From Mobula hypostoma (lineage: Eukaryota): a DNA stretch of 64,000 bases. Position 1 is the first letter of the stretch; each line of letters opens with the position of its first letter. Below the pieces are notes generated by a model. It ran no database searches. It saw nothing but the letters and a program-made list of their open reading frames with translations, and was not told where the DNA came from. Position numbers and translations under genes: made by a program. The stretch spans positions 18,416,001 through 18,480,000 of the forward strand of contig NC_086097.1 of the NCBI RefSeq assembly GCF_963921235.1, given 5' to 3'. Shown in pieces: positions 13,176-26,369 of this stretch.

Positions 13176-13884
13176 ATCTTAATACTGGTTGAGAACAATA
13201 TGTTTGCTTTAAGACCATCACCCACTAAAGTTTTCATCAGGTGACTAACTGCTTTCAGGGCTGTACCTTATGTGACACTTCCAGAGACAGTCTGTGAAGA
13301 CGCGTCTGCTTTACGGACACATTTCAAAGAGGACTGATCAAGTATCATTATCATGCTTGATGCACACTCCAATCTAGACATGTGTACTGGGAAGATCATA
13401 ATGCTATTGAAGAGGAGGCAGAAGCTTTAATGACTATGAATGAAGATACTGGGTTAATGCCCCTATGACCCCAGGCAGGTTGTGGGATCCATAACCATAA
13501 TGAAAATATTGTAGAAGGGTTCACAAGGTCCTAGATGACAATATATCTGCTGACCTTTTGGTATTGTAAAATGTTGCAGTTTGGCTCCCACATACTGCCA
13601 AGAGCAAAAGGTTACCCTGGAAACAATTGAGGCAAAGAATCTCCTCTTTCCCCCCCAAGAAAAACAAATCTCTTTGGAGAAGTAACACACATCAAAGTTG
13701 CTGGTGAACGCAGCAGGCCAGGCAGCATCTGTAGGAAGAGGTGCAGTCGACGTTTCAGGCCGAGACCCTTCGTCTGCAAATCTGAATCTACATCATGGGC
13801 AAAGCAACAGCACAAACCCCTGGTTTAACTCCTTTTCTTATCATAATGGTGCACAAAACACACACTCTTAGATCCAGTAATATA

Positions 13885-14412
13885 AACTCAGTGGCCATCT
13901 TATTAGATATGGGAGCGGAACCTGGTGTGGTCTTCTGCTGCTATAGCTGATCCACTCCAAGGTTCAATATGTTGTACATTCAGAGATGTTCTTCCACACA
14001 CAACTGTGGCAACATGTCACTATTTGAGTTGCTGTCACCTTCCTCTCAGATTGAACCAGCCTGACCTCTCTCATTAGTAAAGCATTTTTGCTCACAGAAT
14101 TGTTGCTCACTGGATTTTGCTTTGTTGTTTTCTGCACCATTCTCTGTAAACTCTAGAGACTGTTGTGCATGAAAATCCTGGAGATCGGCAGTTTCTGAGA
14201 TACACAAACAACCCTCTCTAGCACCAACAATAATTCCTCGGTCAAAATCTCATTTTTTTCCCCATTCTGATGTTTGGACTGAACAACAGCTGAACGTCTT
14301 GACCATGTCTGCTTGCTTTTATGCATTATGTTGCTGCCGCATGATTGGCTAATTAGATATTTGGATTAAAGAGCAGATGTATATGTGTGCCTAATAAAGT
14401 GGCCACTAAGTG
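13885..14412. mobile_element. Tc1-derived MITE (~528 bp) with TA TSD
   Basis: Ends TA-AACTCAGTGGCCATCTTATTAG and CTAATAAAGTGGCCACTAAGTG-TA are inverted repeats; second copy at 35315-38487. Confidence 0.85.
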
Positions 14413-15099
14413 TATTTCACGAGAAGCTGAAGAAGTCTATGTCTCTCATCTGAGAGTTTATCAGTAAGATAGCTGTTTGATTAATGTTGTCCCAGTTAAA
14501 TTTACATCTTTCTCTCATCCCCAAAATAAATTGTGTTTTTTTTTATTATTAATTTGTAAATCCCATGGGGAGCCGGCAGTCAGGGAATTCAATAACAAAT
14601 TGCATATGCTGCAATTTTCACATATCAACTGCTTGGAGGCTATCTTGCAAAGCAGGGAAGAGTTTTATCTCTCGATTTTTAATGAGTCTTCAGCCAAAGT
14701 GTTTGATATTCAGAGGGAAAGCGAGAAGGACAAAAATATAGCTAAAGGTGAACAATCTTGCAAAAGAGCTATTATTTAAAACAGATCCTATAATTCAGTG
14801 AAGATTCAATTGCAACACGGCACGGCATCACTTGTTCTTTCATGGTGAAGGTAATGTGGTGGAATGATCCTTTAACAAAGCTAAGTACACAGAGATAAGC
14901 TAATTCTATTGAGCGGTTTGAAGAAATTTCTGAAAGAAACCTATTTTGTTCAGAAATTCAATTTCAACTCCATTAACGTTACCTCCAGGGAATCATGCCA
15001 CGGGAAATTTCACCTCGAGGCATGCAGAGTATACTTTGCAGGGTACACTGCAAGGGAGTTGTATATTCGGCCAGCTCCAATGACGGCTCAACCTTCCCC

Positions 15100-16270
15100 A
15101 CCATCGAAGACATGTTCTAGAGACCTTGCCTGAAGAAGGCAGCATCTATTGTTAAGGGCCCGCACCATCGTTTAACTCCATCTTTTTCCTCAAAATGTGA
15201 CTCTGCTACAATTGGAGCCTGCTGGGAATGTCTGTTGGAAGAGAAATCTCAGGATTGTATACTGCAAACATTGATAATAAATGATAATAGATAAGCACTT
15301 TGAATCTGGGGCTTGTCTCTTCTCGTTACTACCACAGAAGCCTAAAGACCCACACTCAATGATTCAGGAAGACTTTCTTTGCCTTTGTTATCAGATTTCT
15401 GAACTGCCCATGACTGCATGAATGCTACCTAATATTCCTATTTTATTCCACTATTTCATTGTTTCATAATTTATAATAATTTTATGTCTTTGCACTGTAC
15501 CACTGCCACAAAATAACAAATTTCACAACATATTAGACAAGTGATAATAATTATGATTTTGATTTTATTTATTCATAGAACATATAGCACGGTATAGGCC
15601 ATTCAACCCACAATATCATGCCCAATCTTTTAACCTACTCTAAGATCAATCTAACCCTTCCCTCCTAAATAGCCCTCAATTTTTCTATCATCCATGAGCG
15701 TAAGAAACTCCTACATGCCCCTAATTTATCTGTCCTCCAATACCACCCCTGGTAGCTGTTCCATGCACCCAACACTCTAAGTAAAATCTACCTCTGACAT
15801 TCTTCCTATACTTTCCTCAGTCACCTTAAAATTACGACCCCTTGGTATTATCCATTTCAGCCCTGGGAAAATGTCTCCAACTCTCTTCATTTTCTATGCC
15901 TTTTATATTCATAAACACCTCTATCAAGTCATCTCTCATCCTGTCAAGTTGTTTCTACTTGTAGTTGAGACTAGAACTATGGGACATAGCCTCAAGATTC
16001 AGAGTAGTCGATATGGGATGGAGATGAGGAGGAACTGTGTTCCTCAGGGAGCTGTGGAATTCTCTGGCCAGGGAAGTAGTAGAAGTTACCTTATTAAATA
16101 TATTTAAGTCACAGTTGAATAGGTTTTGGCATAGCAGGAGAATTAAGGGTTATGGGAGAAAAGGCAAATAGGAGATGAGTCCATTGCCAGATCAGCCATG
16201 ATTTTATTAAATGGTGGAGAAGGCTTGACGGGCCAGATGGCCAACCCCTGCTCCTAGCTCTTATGTTCTT
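15100..16270. mobile_element. Rex1 3' fragment followed by CR1 3' fragments in both orientations
   Basis: AAGAAGGCAGCATCTATTGTTAAGG (Rex1), ACAAATTTCACAACAT tail, TMGHSLKIQ...EMRRN (CR1). Confidence 0.65.
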
Positions 16271-16489
16271 ATTAATTTTGTGGTGATATGGATGGAGCAT
16301 CAGTACAAGCAGTAACTATGCCTTTTTAAACACTGCCTGTTATTGCTGATTGCCCCACGTAGTTGCTTGCAGCTATGAGCAACTGCAGCTTCTCTACATT
16401 GTGGGATAACACATCAATACTGTCAAAATTTCACCTCTATAAGACTTAAAACTGAACTCAAGTGATGCTGCAGATTCAGGACATTGAGA

Positions 16490-16945
16490 TCAATACACAC
16501 AGAATGGTGGAGGGACTCGGCCAGCTGGGCAGCATCTATGGAAATGAATAAACTACTGATGTTTTGGGCCGGGACCCTTCTTCAAGTCTGGAAAGGAAGG
16601 GGGAAGACACCAGAACAAATAAGGTGGGGGAGAGGAAGGAGAACGATCTAGAAGGTGGGTGGTGAGAAGGGGTGGAGCAAAAAGCTGGGAAGTTATAGGT
16701 GGGAAAAGTAAAGGCTGGAGAAGAAGGAATCTGATAGGAGAGGAGAGTGGACCATGGCAGAAAGGGAAGAAGGATAGGCAGGTGAAGAGAAAAGTTTGTG
16801 GAATAGAAGAGGGAATGGGGAGGGGAAAAATGTTCTGGAAGGAGAAATTGATGTTCATGCCATCAGGTTGGAAACTCCCTAGATGGAAGCATCTTCACCC
16901 TGAGAGTGGCCTTATCGTGGCAACAGAAGAGGCCATGGATCAATG
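16490..16945 (-). mobile_element. PLE terminal repeat fragment
   Basis: Collinear with 11515-12070 and 27503-28020. Confidence 0.7.
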
Positions 16946-17469
16946 GGCCTTGCTCCTTAATGAAGACATAATTTTCTCTCAAACCATGGCTGTTGTTAGT
17001 GGGATGCAAGCATTACTGGTAAGGCAGGCATTTATAGAACATAGGACACTATAGTACAGTTCATGATGTTATAACCCACGTGAAGATCAACCTACCCCTT
17101 CCCTCTGACATGGCTCTCATTTTCTATCATCCATGTGCAAGTCTAAGAGTTTCTGAAATATCCCACTGCTCATTATCATTACTCATGCCAGTCTGGGTCC
17201 AGCACAGGGAGACTTGCTGGACCCTTTAAGGGTCAGTGCCTTGGTGATCTGGACTCACCCATCGGTAAGGACAGCACACCGACAATGATCGTGATGAGAG
17301 CAATTCAGTGTCAAGTCTGTCCTTCCTTGTAATGGAACAGTCTGCTTCTGTCCTGCCCTAATTTCTGATTTTAATAACTTCGGTCAAAACCATAAGCCCT
17401 TGTGTACTTGTTATACAAAATAAACTGTGCAGCATCTGTAATGAGTGTATCATAGTGTAGCATCCCTCT

Positions 17470-17786
17470 TTTTTTTGGTGTGCGCCTGCGTGCGTGCGAG
17501 TCTGTGCGTCTGCGTATGTGTGCATGCGCGTCTGCGTGTCCATGATGATGTCTTTTTCATGGCTTCTACAAGGCGCGGAGCGAGAGAGAGAGACTGTGTG
17601 ACACGCCACTCTTCACACAGACATTTTCACAGTATTTTCCTTTTATTTTACGAGGTCGAGTTGCAATCTCGACACTCAACCCATCACGGATGGAAAGCGT
17701 ACTCTGGAGCGGACCCGACTGATTTTGGATCTGGGAACCTCTGCTCCTGGGTCCGGCGCCGATGTCATTGCGCCACCAGCCGGCCC
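17470..17786 (-). mobile_element. tRNA-derived SINE with A-rich tail and 15-bp TSD
   Basis: Minus-strand head GGGCCGGCTGGTGGCGCAATGACATCGGCGCCGGAC; TSD GTGTAGCATCCCTCT (17455-17469) / GTGTAGACTCCCTCT (17787-17801); second copy at 27133. Confidence 0.9.
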
Positions 17787-18074
17787 GTGTAGACTCCCTC
17801 TACGTGATATTTTTTGAGAATCACATTCTTTTTGTGCTGATGTTGCATGACTCTCCTTTGTATTTCGTTGTGTTTCATTTTACTGGCTGATCGCTACAGG
17901 GCCTTTTCTTCTGGCCTAAGTAACACTCAGGCTTTTTAAGAATAAAACATTGTATAGGAAAAGGATTACCATTAGTACATCTGTACATTCATGGTGACAT
18001 GCTGCCATCTTTGTTATTGGACCAAAGCTTTGAAAGTTTCCCTTCTTTAAAAGGCAATGAATATACTTATTTAT

Positions 18075-18615
18075 TGGGCAGCACGGTAGTGTAGTGGTTA
18101 GTGTAATGTTTTACAGTGCTAGAGATCAGGGTTCAATTCCCACCTCTGTCTATAAGGAGGTTGTACGACACATATTTAATATTTAAGTAATGTTTGAGTA
18201 TTCTTGTATTGGTTGTTTAAGCATCCTGTTTGTTTAAACAATTCATTACGGGTTATATGTATAAATACATTAATTGTATACATCATCGCACTACCATAAT
18301 ATACATGCATGACTTGCTTTAAGTAAACCTGTATTTAAATTCACATGTCAGACTCAGTGCCTTCATTTGAAATAATTTAATGTTTTGAAGTTACAAGACA
18401 TAATTCTCCCTATGACTGCATGGATCCAGTTTCCTTGCACATTCCAAAGACGTATGGGTTAGTAAGGTGCAAGCATATTATGTAAGCACTGATATTATAC
18501 TATGGTTATACACAGACAGCAACCCTAGCTTTGGTGGACTGTGCTGGTCGGTGACACAAACAAAACATTTCACTGTATGTTGTGTTGCACATGTGACAAA
18601 TAAAGCTAATCTTAA
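18075..18615 (+). mobile_element. V-SINE-like element split by a solo LTR
   Basis: tRNA head (GGTAGTGTAGTGGTTAG, GGGTTCAATTCC); V-domain TTCTCCCTATGACTGCATGG...CACATTCCAAAGACGT; tail ACATGTGACAAATAAAGCTAATCTT. Confidence 0.75.
18168..18403 (+). mobile_element. Solo LTR of the TGTTGTG...CACAACA family
   Basis: Collinear with 55197-55431 (TATTTAATATT-AGTAAT...GAAGTTACAAGACATAA); interrupts the SINE between TTGTACG and TTCTCCC. Confidence 0.65.
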
Positions 18616-19200
18616 AAAAAAAACATATTTTAATATTTATTTTTGGTTGACACAGGAAAGAATTCCTGGGAATTCTTGGTTACCATCTTCACAGAACTTA
18701 TAAGCCTGCACCCTCTATCAAACCTAAAGCCTTTAATGTCAAACAGCTTGTCTCTCTGATTATCTGAAAACTATTCAAGTCTTATATTTCCAACATTTAG
18801 CACTTCCTATCTTCTTCTGATATTGCAGATTCCATTTGTCTCCTATTGACACCTTATCCAGACATATCCTTAAAACCCTCTTTCAGTCCTTACATCACAG
18901 GTAAAGCACTCCCAATCATTAAGATCATCTACATGAAACATTGTTGTAGGAAAGCAGCATCCACCATCAAAGATTCTTACCTCCCAGGCCATGGTCTTTT
19001 CTCACTGCTGCCATCAGGTAGAAGAAACCTCAGGACTTGCACCACCAGGTTCAAGAGCTGTTACTACCACACAACCATCAGGCTTTCGAACAAAGGGGTT
19101 AACTGCACTCCCATCCATTGAGATGTTCACTCAACCAATAATCTCACTTCAAGGACTCTTTTTCTTGTTATTTCATGTTATTGTTATTTATTACTATTTA

Positions 19201-20788
19201 CAAACCCCATTTCCAGAAAAGTTGGGATATTTTCCAAAATGCAATAAAAACAAAAATCTGTGATATGTTAACTCACGTGAACCTTTATTTAACTGACAAA
19301 AGTACAAAGAAAAGATTTTCAATAGTTTTACTGACCAACTTAATTGTAGTTTGTAAACATACACAAATTTAGAATTTGATGGCTGCAACAACACTCAACA
19401 AAAGTTGGGACAGAGGCATGTTTACCACTGTGTTACATCACCTTTCCTTTTAATAACACTTTTTAATCCTTTTGGAACTGAGGATACTAATTGTAGTAGA
19501 TTTGCAATTGGAAATTTTGTCCATTCTTGCTTGATATAAGACTTCAGCTGCTCAACAGTCCGTAGTCTCTGCTGTCTGATTCTCCTCTTCATGATGCACT
19601 GTACATTTTCAATAGGAGATAGATCTGGACTGGAAGCAGGCCAGTCAAGCACACGCACTCTGTGTCTACAAAGCCACGCTGTTGTAGCCCGTGCAGAATG
19701 TGGTCTGGCATTGTCCTGCTGAAATAAGCATGGACGTCCCGGGAAGAGACGTCGCCTTGATGGCAACATATGTCTCTCTAAAATCCTAATATACGCCTCA
19801 GAGTCAATGGTACCTTCACATAGATGCAACTCATCCATGCCGTGGGCACTGATGCACCCCCATACCATCACAGATGCTGGCTTTTGCACCTTTCGCTGAT
19901 AACAATCTGGATGTCGTTTTCATCTTTGGCACGGAGAACTTGACTCCCGTTTTTTCCGAAAACTAGCTGAAATGTGGACTCATCTGACCACAGCACACTG
20001 TTCCACAGTCTTTCGGTCCATCTGAGATGAGTTCGCCGGCGTTTCTGCATAGAGTTGATGTATGGCTTCCTCCTTGTGTAATACAGTTTCAAGTTGCATT
20101 TCTGGATGCAGCGACGGACTGTGTTGAGTGACAATGGTTTTCCGAAGTACTCCCAAGCCCAGGTGGCTATAATTGTCACAGTAGCCTGACGGTTTCTTAG
20201 GCAGTGCCGCCTGAGGGCTCGAAGATCACGCGATTCAACAGTGGTTTCCGACCTTGCCCTTTACGCACTGAGATGTCTCTGAATTCTCTGAATCTTTTCA
20301 CAATATTATGTGCTGTAGATGTTGAAAGACCTAAATTCTCTGCAATCTTGCGTTGAGAAATGTTCCTTTTGAACTGACTAACAATTCTCTCGCGAATTTT
20401 GGCACAAAGGGGTGAGCCACGACCCATCCTTGCTTGCAAACACTGAGCCTTTGATGGACGCTACTTTTATACCCAGTCATGATACCTCACCTGCTATCAA
20501 TTAGTCTGCTTAATGTGGAGTCTTCCAAACCGGTGTTACTTGAATATTCTGTGCACTTTTCAATCTTATTTTAACTCTGTCCCAACTTTTGTTGAGTGTT
20601 TTGCAGCCATCAAATTCTAAATTTGTGTATATTTACAAAACACAATTAAGTTGGTCAGTAAAACTATTGAAAATCTTTTCTTTGTACTTTTGTCAGTTAA
20701 ATAAAGGTTCATGTGAACTAACATATCACAGAGTTTTGTTTTTATTGCATTTTGGAAAATATCCCAATTTTTCTGGAAATGGGGTTTG
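19201..20788 (-). mobile_element. Full-length Tc1 (DD34E) transposon, IR/DR type, 1588 bp, TA TSD
   Basis: ~214-bp TIRs (19201-19415 / 20575-20788), starting CAAACCCCATTTCCAGAAAAGTTGGGA, with an internal AAAAGTTGGGA direct repeat; TA at 19199-19200 and 20789-20790. Confidence 0.97.
19422..20427 (-). pseudogene. Tc1 transposase pseudogene (frameshifted into three ORFs)
   Basis: MGRGSPL...HTH, GQGRKP linker, VLWSDES, SVMVWGC, FQQDNARPH-(34 aa)-WPASSPDLSPIE. Confidence 0.95.
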
Positions 20789-21189
20789 TATTTATATTTG
20801 CATTTGCACAGTTTGTTGTCTTCTGCATGTTGGTTGATCTTTCATTGATCCTGTTATAGTTACTATTCTACAGATTTGCTGAGTATGCCCATAGGAAAGT
20901 GAACCTCAGCGTTGTGTATGGTGACACATATGTACTTTGATAAAAAGATTTACTTTGATCTTTACCAATACCAGATCTATTTCCTGTGGTCTTCTTCCAT
21001 CACCCTCGTCCCACATTCTGTGACTCAAACATTTTTCATTTCTATCTTTTTCAGTTCAGTTAACAGCTGTTGCCTGTTACTCAGAAAGTTTCAAGAATTT
21101 TCTGATGGTATTCCAAATTGTGGTTCCTGTATCGAAGCTTCTCTGTTGAAAATACTGATGGCGCTATTGCATTCATGATTTAGAATATG

Positions 21190-22230
21190 CAGTAAGTTCC
21201 ACAAGCCAGTCAGGAGGATGATGCAGTACAAAAATCAATCTGTGATGTTTGACTAATTTATTGGACGTTTTTGAAGAAGTAACAAGAGCTGTGTGCATAG
21301 GAGAAGTGTTGGATATGATGTAATTAGATGTCTAGAAGGAATTAATTAAGATGCTGCCTCAAAGGAAATAAGGAAAAAATTAAAAATTATGGAGGAGGAG
21401 ATAACGTAATGATACAGGTAGAAGATCAGGTGGCTACTAAGAAGCGGAGAGTAGGTAGGGATGGGACTTGTCTGGTTGTCAGACTTTAATAAACGGGGTG
21501 CCTCAGGGATTGGTGCTGGAGCTTCAACGTTTAACAACTTATATAAATCACTTTGATGAAAGCCCCAAAGAAATGGCTGCTAAATTGCTGACAACATAAA
21601 GATTAGTAGGAAAGTACATTGTGAAGAGGGCATAAAGGGTTGTAAGGAGATGAGGACTGGCTAAGTGATAAAAAGAATGGATCAATGGAATACATAGTGG
21701 GAAGAAGTAAAATCGTCCATTTTGGAGGAAAACAATAACAATTCAAGCATACAGTGGATTCCGGTTAATTGAAACGTTGGTTAATCAGTGTAGCCGCTCA
21801 ATTGGGACAAGTCTTAAAGAACGAAAGCAAATTGAGAGAATAGCCAGGATTCCCTTTGTTTATTTGGGGCATTCTGCTGCTTAATTGGCACAGGCAACCA
21901 TTGCCGAACATTTTCTAATTAGTGTCAATTGTAGGCACTTGTGCGGTCTTTCACCTCTACCCTATGCTTACAGCAAACAGTTTTTAAATAGCAAACAAGA
22001 GAGAATATTTAAAGCAGCTTGTAAATAGTGTCCCCTGCATGTTGGTGTCTGTGCTGATTTTATTAATTTACAGTCAATGAAGGGAGCATGTCAGGGTACA
22101 ATAAACTGTGCTGTAGTGCTCTATGACATCACTGGTCTCCTTATTTGAGAAAGAATAGCAATGTTTTGGAAGCTTTTCAGAAATTCACTGAACTAATATC
22201 AGGAATGGACACATTTTGTTAGAAGTTTGT
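21190..22230 (+). mobile_element. Ancient CR1 RT fragment containing a truncated pogo/Tigger-like insertion from 21752
   Basis: TTGACTAATTTATTG...TTTGAAGAAGTAAC, GGGGTGCCTCAGGGA (GVPQG) and a degenerate FADD; TA-CAGTGGATTCCGGTTAATTG end at 21750. Confidence 0.6.
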
Positions 22231-22434
22231 TGCTGAATTTGTGTCCACTGGAGGTTAACAGAGGGAAACACATACTGTACAATCCTGATGTTCCATTCAT
22301 GGCAGAATTTAGAACTGGGAGCTCTAGGTATCTTACCAACCCCCACCCTCCACCCAAAGCTAGTTACTGTCTGTCTATAACCATAGTTTAATACCAATGT
22401 ATCCATGTTCTTAGCTATCATTTTCTTAATTTTA

Positions 22435-22959
22435 CGAGGGGTGATTGATAAGTTTGTGGCCTAAGGTAGAAGGAGTCAATTTTAGAAAACCTAGCACATT
22501 TATTTTTCAACATAGTCCCCTCCTACATTTACACACTTAGTCCAGCAATCCTGGAGCACATGGATTCCTTCTTTGTAGAAGTCGGCATCTTGGACCTCCA
22601 GAAAGTGGTCCAAAGCAGGGGTGATTGATAAGTTTGTGACCTAAACTAGAAGGAGATGAGTTAATAATTTCAAACTTTCTGCATAATCACTCAAAGAGTT
22701 GAACTGTACGTGCATGTAACGAGAGCTGTATAACTCATCTCTTTCTACCTTAGGCCACAAACTTATCAATCACCCCTGCTGTGAACCACTTTCTGGAGGT
22801 TCAAGACGCCGACTTCTACAAAAAAGGGATCCATGTGCTCCACGACCACTGGAATAAGTGTGTAAATGGAGGAGGGGACTATGTTGAAAAATAAATGTGC
22901 TAGGTTTTCTAAAATTGACTCTTCCCACCTTAGGCCACGAACTTATCAATCACCCCTCG
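22435..22959. mobile_element. Palindromic mariner-type MITE (525 bp) with TA TSD
   Basis: TA-CGAGGGGTGATTGATAAGTTTGTGGCCTAAGG...CCTTAGGCCACGAACTTATCAATCACCCCTCG-TA; arms of ~228 bp are inverted copies. Confidence 0.92.
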
Positions 22960-22961
22960 TA

Positions 22962-23370
22962 TATGCTCTGTAAGATCCACTCTCATTCTTCTGAATTCCA
23001 GTGAGAGTAGTCCCAGGCAACTCAATCTCTCCTCATAGGCTAAACCCTTCATCTCCAGAATTAACCTAGTGAAACTTCTCTACACCATCTCCAAAGCCAG
23101 TATACCTTTTCTCAAGTAAGGAGGTCATAATTGCCCGCAGTACTTCAGGTACAGCCTGGCCAGTTCCCTGTACAGTTGCAGCATAACCTCCCTGCTCTTA
23201 AATTCAGTCTCTTTAGAATGAAGGCCCACATTCCATTTGCCTTCTCGATAATCTCATGCACAAACACCCCCATATCGCTCTGCACAACAGCATGCTGCGA
23301 TCTTTCACCATTTATCTAATAATCTGATCCTTTTCCTTCCAAAGTTGACGACTTTGCATTTACCAGTATT
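22962..23370 (-). mobile_element. CR1 RT C-terminal fragment
   Basis: Reverse complement of the region at 44440-44800 (CATTCCATTTGCCTTC, CAGTTGCAGCATAACCTCCCTGCTCTTAAATTC). Confidence 0.7.
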
Positions 23371-24134
23371 GGAGTGTTAGCCATTTGACAAGTTGCGATA
23401 AGAGACTTCCCTGCCTCTTATCTATCAGGACGCGATGTAGGATCTCGGCCCGAAAAATCGACCGTTTATTCCTCTCCTTAGATGTTGCCTGACCTGTGGA
23501 GTTCCTTTAGCATTGTGTGTGTTTCTCAGATTCAAAATCAATAGGCTAAGTAGCATCTAATAAAGACACCAGGCAGTCCAATATTGCCCTCAGCTACATA
23601 AAGCAATTAGCAATTGATTAATGAAAGAATAATAAATAACTTAAACATTTTGGTACTCTCATCCAGAGCTAATATTCAACTCTCGGGTTATCATTTTGTC
23701 CTCGTTGCTTGGTGTTGATACAAAGTAATTGTATGCATTAAATCTTCAACCACATTACCACAGTAAACTGTCAAGGAATATGTGTATGGTATTGTCACAA
23801 AAAAAAACTCCCACTGGCCTTTTAAGGGATGAGATAAGCTTTAAAAAAGCAATTTGCTACTTATTCATAATAAATTGGACTGTCAGCCACTTGGCAAGAC
23901 TAGTGAATTAAATGCCATAGGCAGGTTATCTGACTAATAGCATTCTTTGGAAATTCATATTGCTGTGTACTATAAGCAGCATAAAGAGCTTATTCCGCTA
24001 GGAATACTGCACGTGGTCACGAACAAACACATGTACCAATGCTAATTAAACTTTTCATTCCTCCACTGTGCAGGGTGATTCTCATTAAGCTTTGTTTCAA
24101 AACGTTTGGAGCTTGGTAATAGTTTTTTTTTATT

Positions 24135-24420
24135 TTCACACATGCACAGACATACAGATGTGCACACGCATAAATGCATGAGCACACGGTCACAGGCACA
24201 CGCAAATGTGCACACGCACGTACACCATTGCGCATACACACAAACGTGAACATAGGCAGGTGCATATGCATGCACACACACATTCACATCTACATCTATG
24301 TATGGTACACTTTGCACACAGGCAGATAAACACTTGGACGAAGGCATGCATACTTTCATGTGTACACTCACAGACAGACACATACACACTAGTTGAGTGG
24401 GCATTTGTCACATATGTAAA
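24135..24420. repeat. Degenerate (CA/RY)n microsatellite
   Basis: Alternating purine-pyrimidine tract (CACACATGCACAGACATAC...). Confidence 0.85.
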
Positions 24421-25329
24421 CTAGGCCCTTTTGGCCTTGGAGGAAATAACAGAGATAGAGGCTAACAGCAATTATAACAATCAATATAGAAAACAAGGTA
24501 CTATTTGCATGTGTTCCTAATAGCACACAAAGATTATCTGTAAAGCAACCAGAGGTTCGTTGTGTAAAATGCCAAAAAATGTCTCAGTCAGTCTTGATTC
24601 AAGCAAGATGTGTCATGCTGCTTACAAAATGAGATCCAGAACTTGAAAAGCACGCACAAAACCACCACCTTTCTTCTGTGACTGCTTTCTTCTTGGATTT
24701 GTGCAGGTTCCTGATGGTTTTGATGTATGCCAGCTTCTGTCACCCTCTGTGACATCATCTGAGAAGTGTGCATCTTGGCAGAGAAGCCAGCGAACCTTTC
24801 TTAGTCCTATTGTCATTGAAGCCCAGGCAATCGTGCCCCCAGCAAGTTACACTTATTATTTATGCTTACCTGGCTTTAGATTGACTTCTGCGAGCTCCCA
24901 AAGGAGAATTCAAACTCATGCTTATTTTGAGATGCAAGAGACAACTTTGAATTTGTCCCAAAGATACTGGTTTACCAGAAGGGTTAATAGAATATTGCCC
25001 TTTATCCCAAAGGGATGGAATAGAAAGAGAAAATGCTCTGCTTGGTTGTGCATAGCTTTGGTCAATCCCAATACGAAGTGCTACTTTCCATTCTGGGTTC
25101 ACTATCTCAGGAGTAATACATAGAACATTACCACACAGCACAGGCTCTTCAGCCCATTATGCTGTGCCAACCTTATAACCTACTCTCAACTGTGACTAAG
25201 CAATGTTTAGTCCCAAATGATAAGTTGATATTTGTCTCAAAGTTGTGAGGATAGATTGCTGAAATTTGCTTTGCATTCTTTGTACTGGAAGGTATTCTTA
25301 TCGAGTGGAGATTCATGGGAGAAGGGATG

Positions 25330-25960
25330 TAAGAAAGACATGGAAGAAATCCATGACAAGCTAATAAGATATTGGTCAGGCCACATCTGCACTATTGTGT
25401 TCAGTCTTGATCAGCCTGCTAGTAGAAAAGATGGAAAAAGCACAGAAGAGACTTAAGCTGGAAAAAGCATAGAAGAGACTTAAGACAATGCTGAACCTGG
25501 AAAACATACAGTGGAGACTTACGAGGATGTTGCCAGGACTCAAGGGACTGAGTTGTGGAGAGAGGTCAAACTGGCTGGGACTTTATTCATTGGAGCAGAG
25601 GAGAATGAGAGGTGATATTACAGAGGTATATAATATCATGTGGGGCATAGATGGTGTGAATGTGAAAAGTCTTTCTCCTAGGGTTGGAGAATCAAGAACT
25701 AGAGGGCACAGGATTAAGGTGAGAGCGAAGAAATTTATTAGGCACCTAAGGAACAACTTTTTCACCCAAAGAATGGATATGGAATGAGCTACCAGAGCAA
25801 GTGGTTGAGGCAGATACATTAACAATGTTTAAAAGACACTTGGACAAGTAGATGGAATAGGGGAGGTTTAAAGGAATATGGACCAAATGCATGCCTATAG
25901 AATTGCTTTAGATGAGAATATTAATAGGGCCAAATAGCCTGTTTTCATACTATATGCTCT
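25330..25960 (+). mobile_element. CR1 3' end
   Basis: ORF 25488-25787 TRMLPGLKGLS...GLYSLEQRRMRGD...TRGHRIKV...FFTQR. Confidence 0.85.
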
Positions 25961-26369
25961 ATAAGGGAATATTAAGGTCAATATTTTGTGGTTAGCAGGA
26001 AATGAACATACTAAATATTTATGAGACAAGTCCTAGCTCTATAATTTTCTTTCACCATACAACCCTTATCTAGTGCTGGGCTCTATCAACTTACAATTTC
26101 ATTGCAATAGCAAATTTGGCTTCAGCTTTGAAACACAAAGCCCGAGAGCTCACTCTCGAAAAATCTGCATTTTACGATCTCTCTTTTCAATGCTACTTAA
26201 AACCTTTCTTCTTGATCAGGCATTTACCCACCTGTCCTAAAGCTTCATTATATTGTTTAATGTGAAACGCTGGCTAACAGTATTACTGTGACAAAATTAT
26301 GCAACATATTTCAGTCTTTGCTTTAATAGTCAGTTTTTAAAATGTATATATAGCACAAAAGCAAGTCCA

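Larger units (their letters stand above)
18890..20960 (+). mobile_element. Rex1/Babar 3' end hosting the Tc1 insertion
   Basis: RKAASTIKDSYLPGHGLFSLLPSGRR motif; the 3' UTR resumes after 20790. Confidence 0.75.

Noticed and set aside
17255..17350. Minus-strand exon ending at GG|GTGAGT
   Set aside because: No polypyrimidine acceptor and no recognisable peptide
24017..24424. Cys/Val- and His/Thr-rich ORFs
   Set aside because: Artefacts of the CA microsatellite
24701..25123. 140-aa ORF starting just after a good acceptor (GTGCAG| at 24706)
   Set aside because: No recognisable domain and no canonical donor; the 3' part overlaps a decayed CR1
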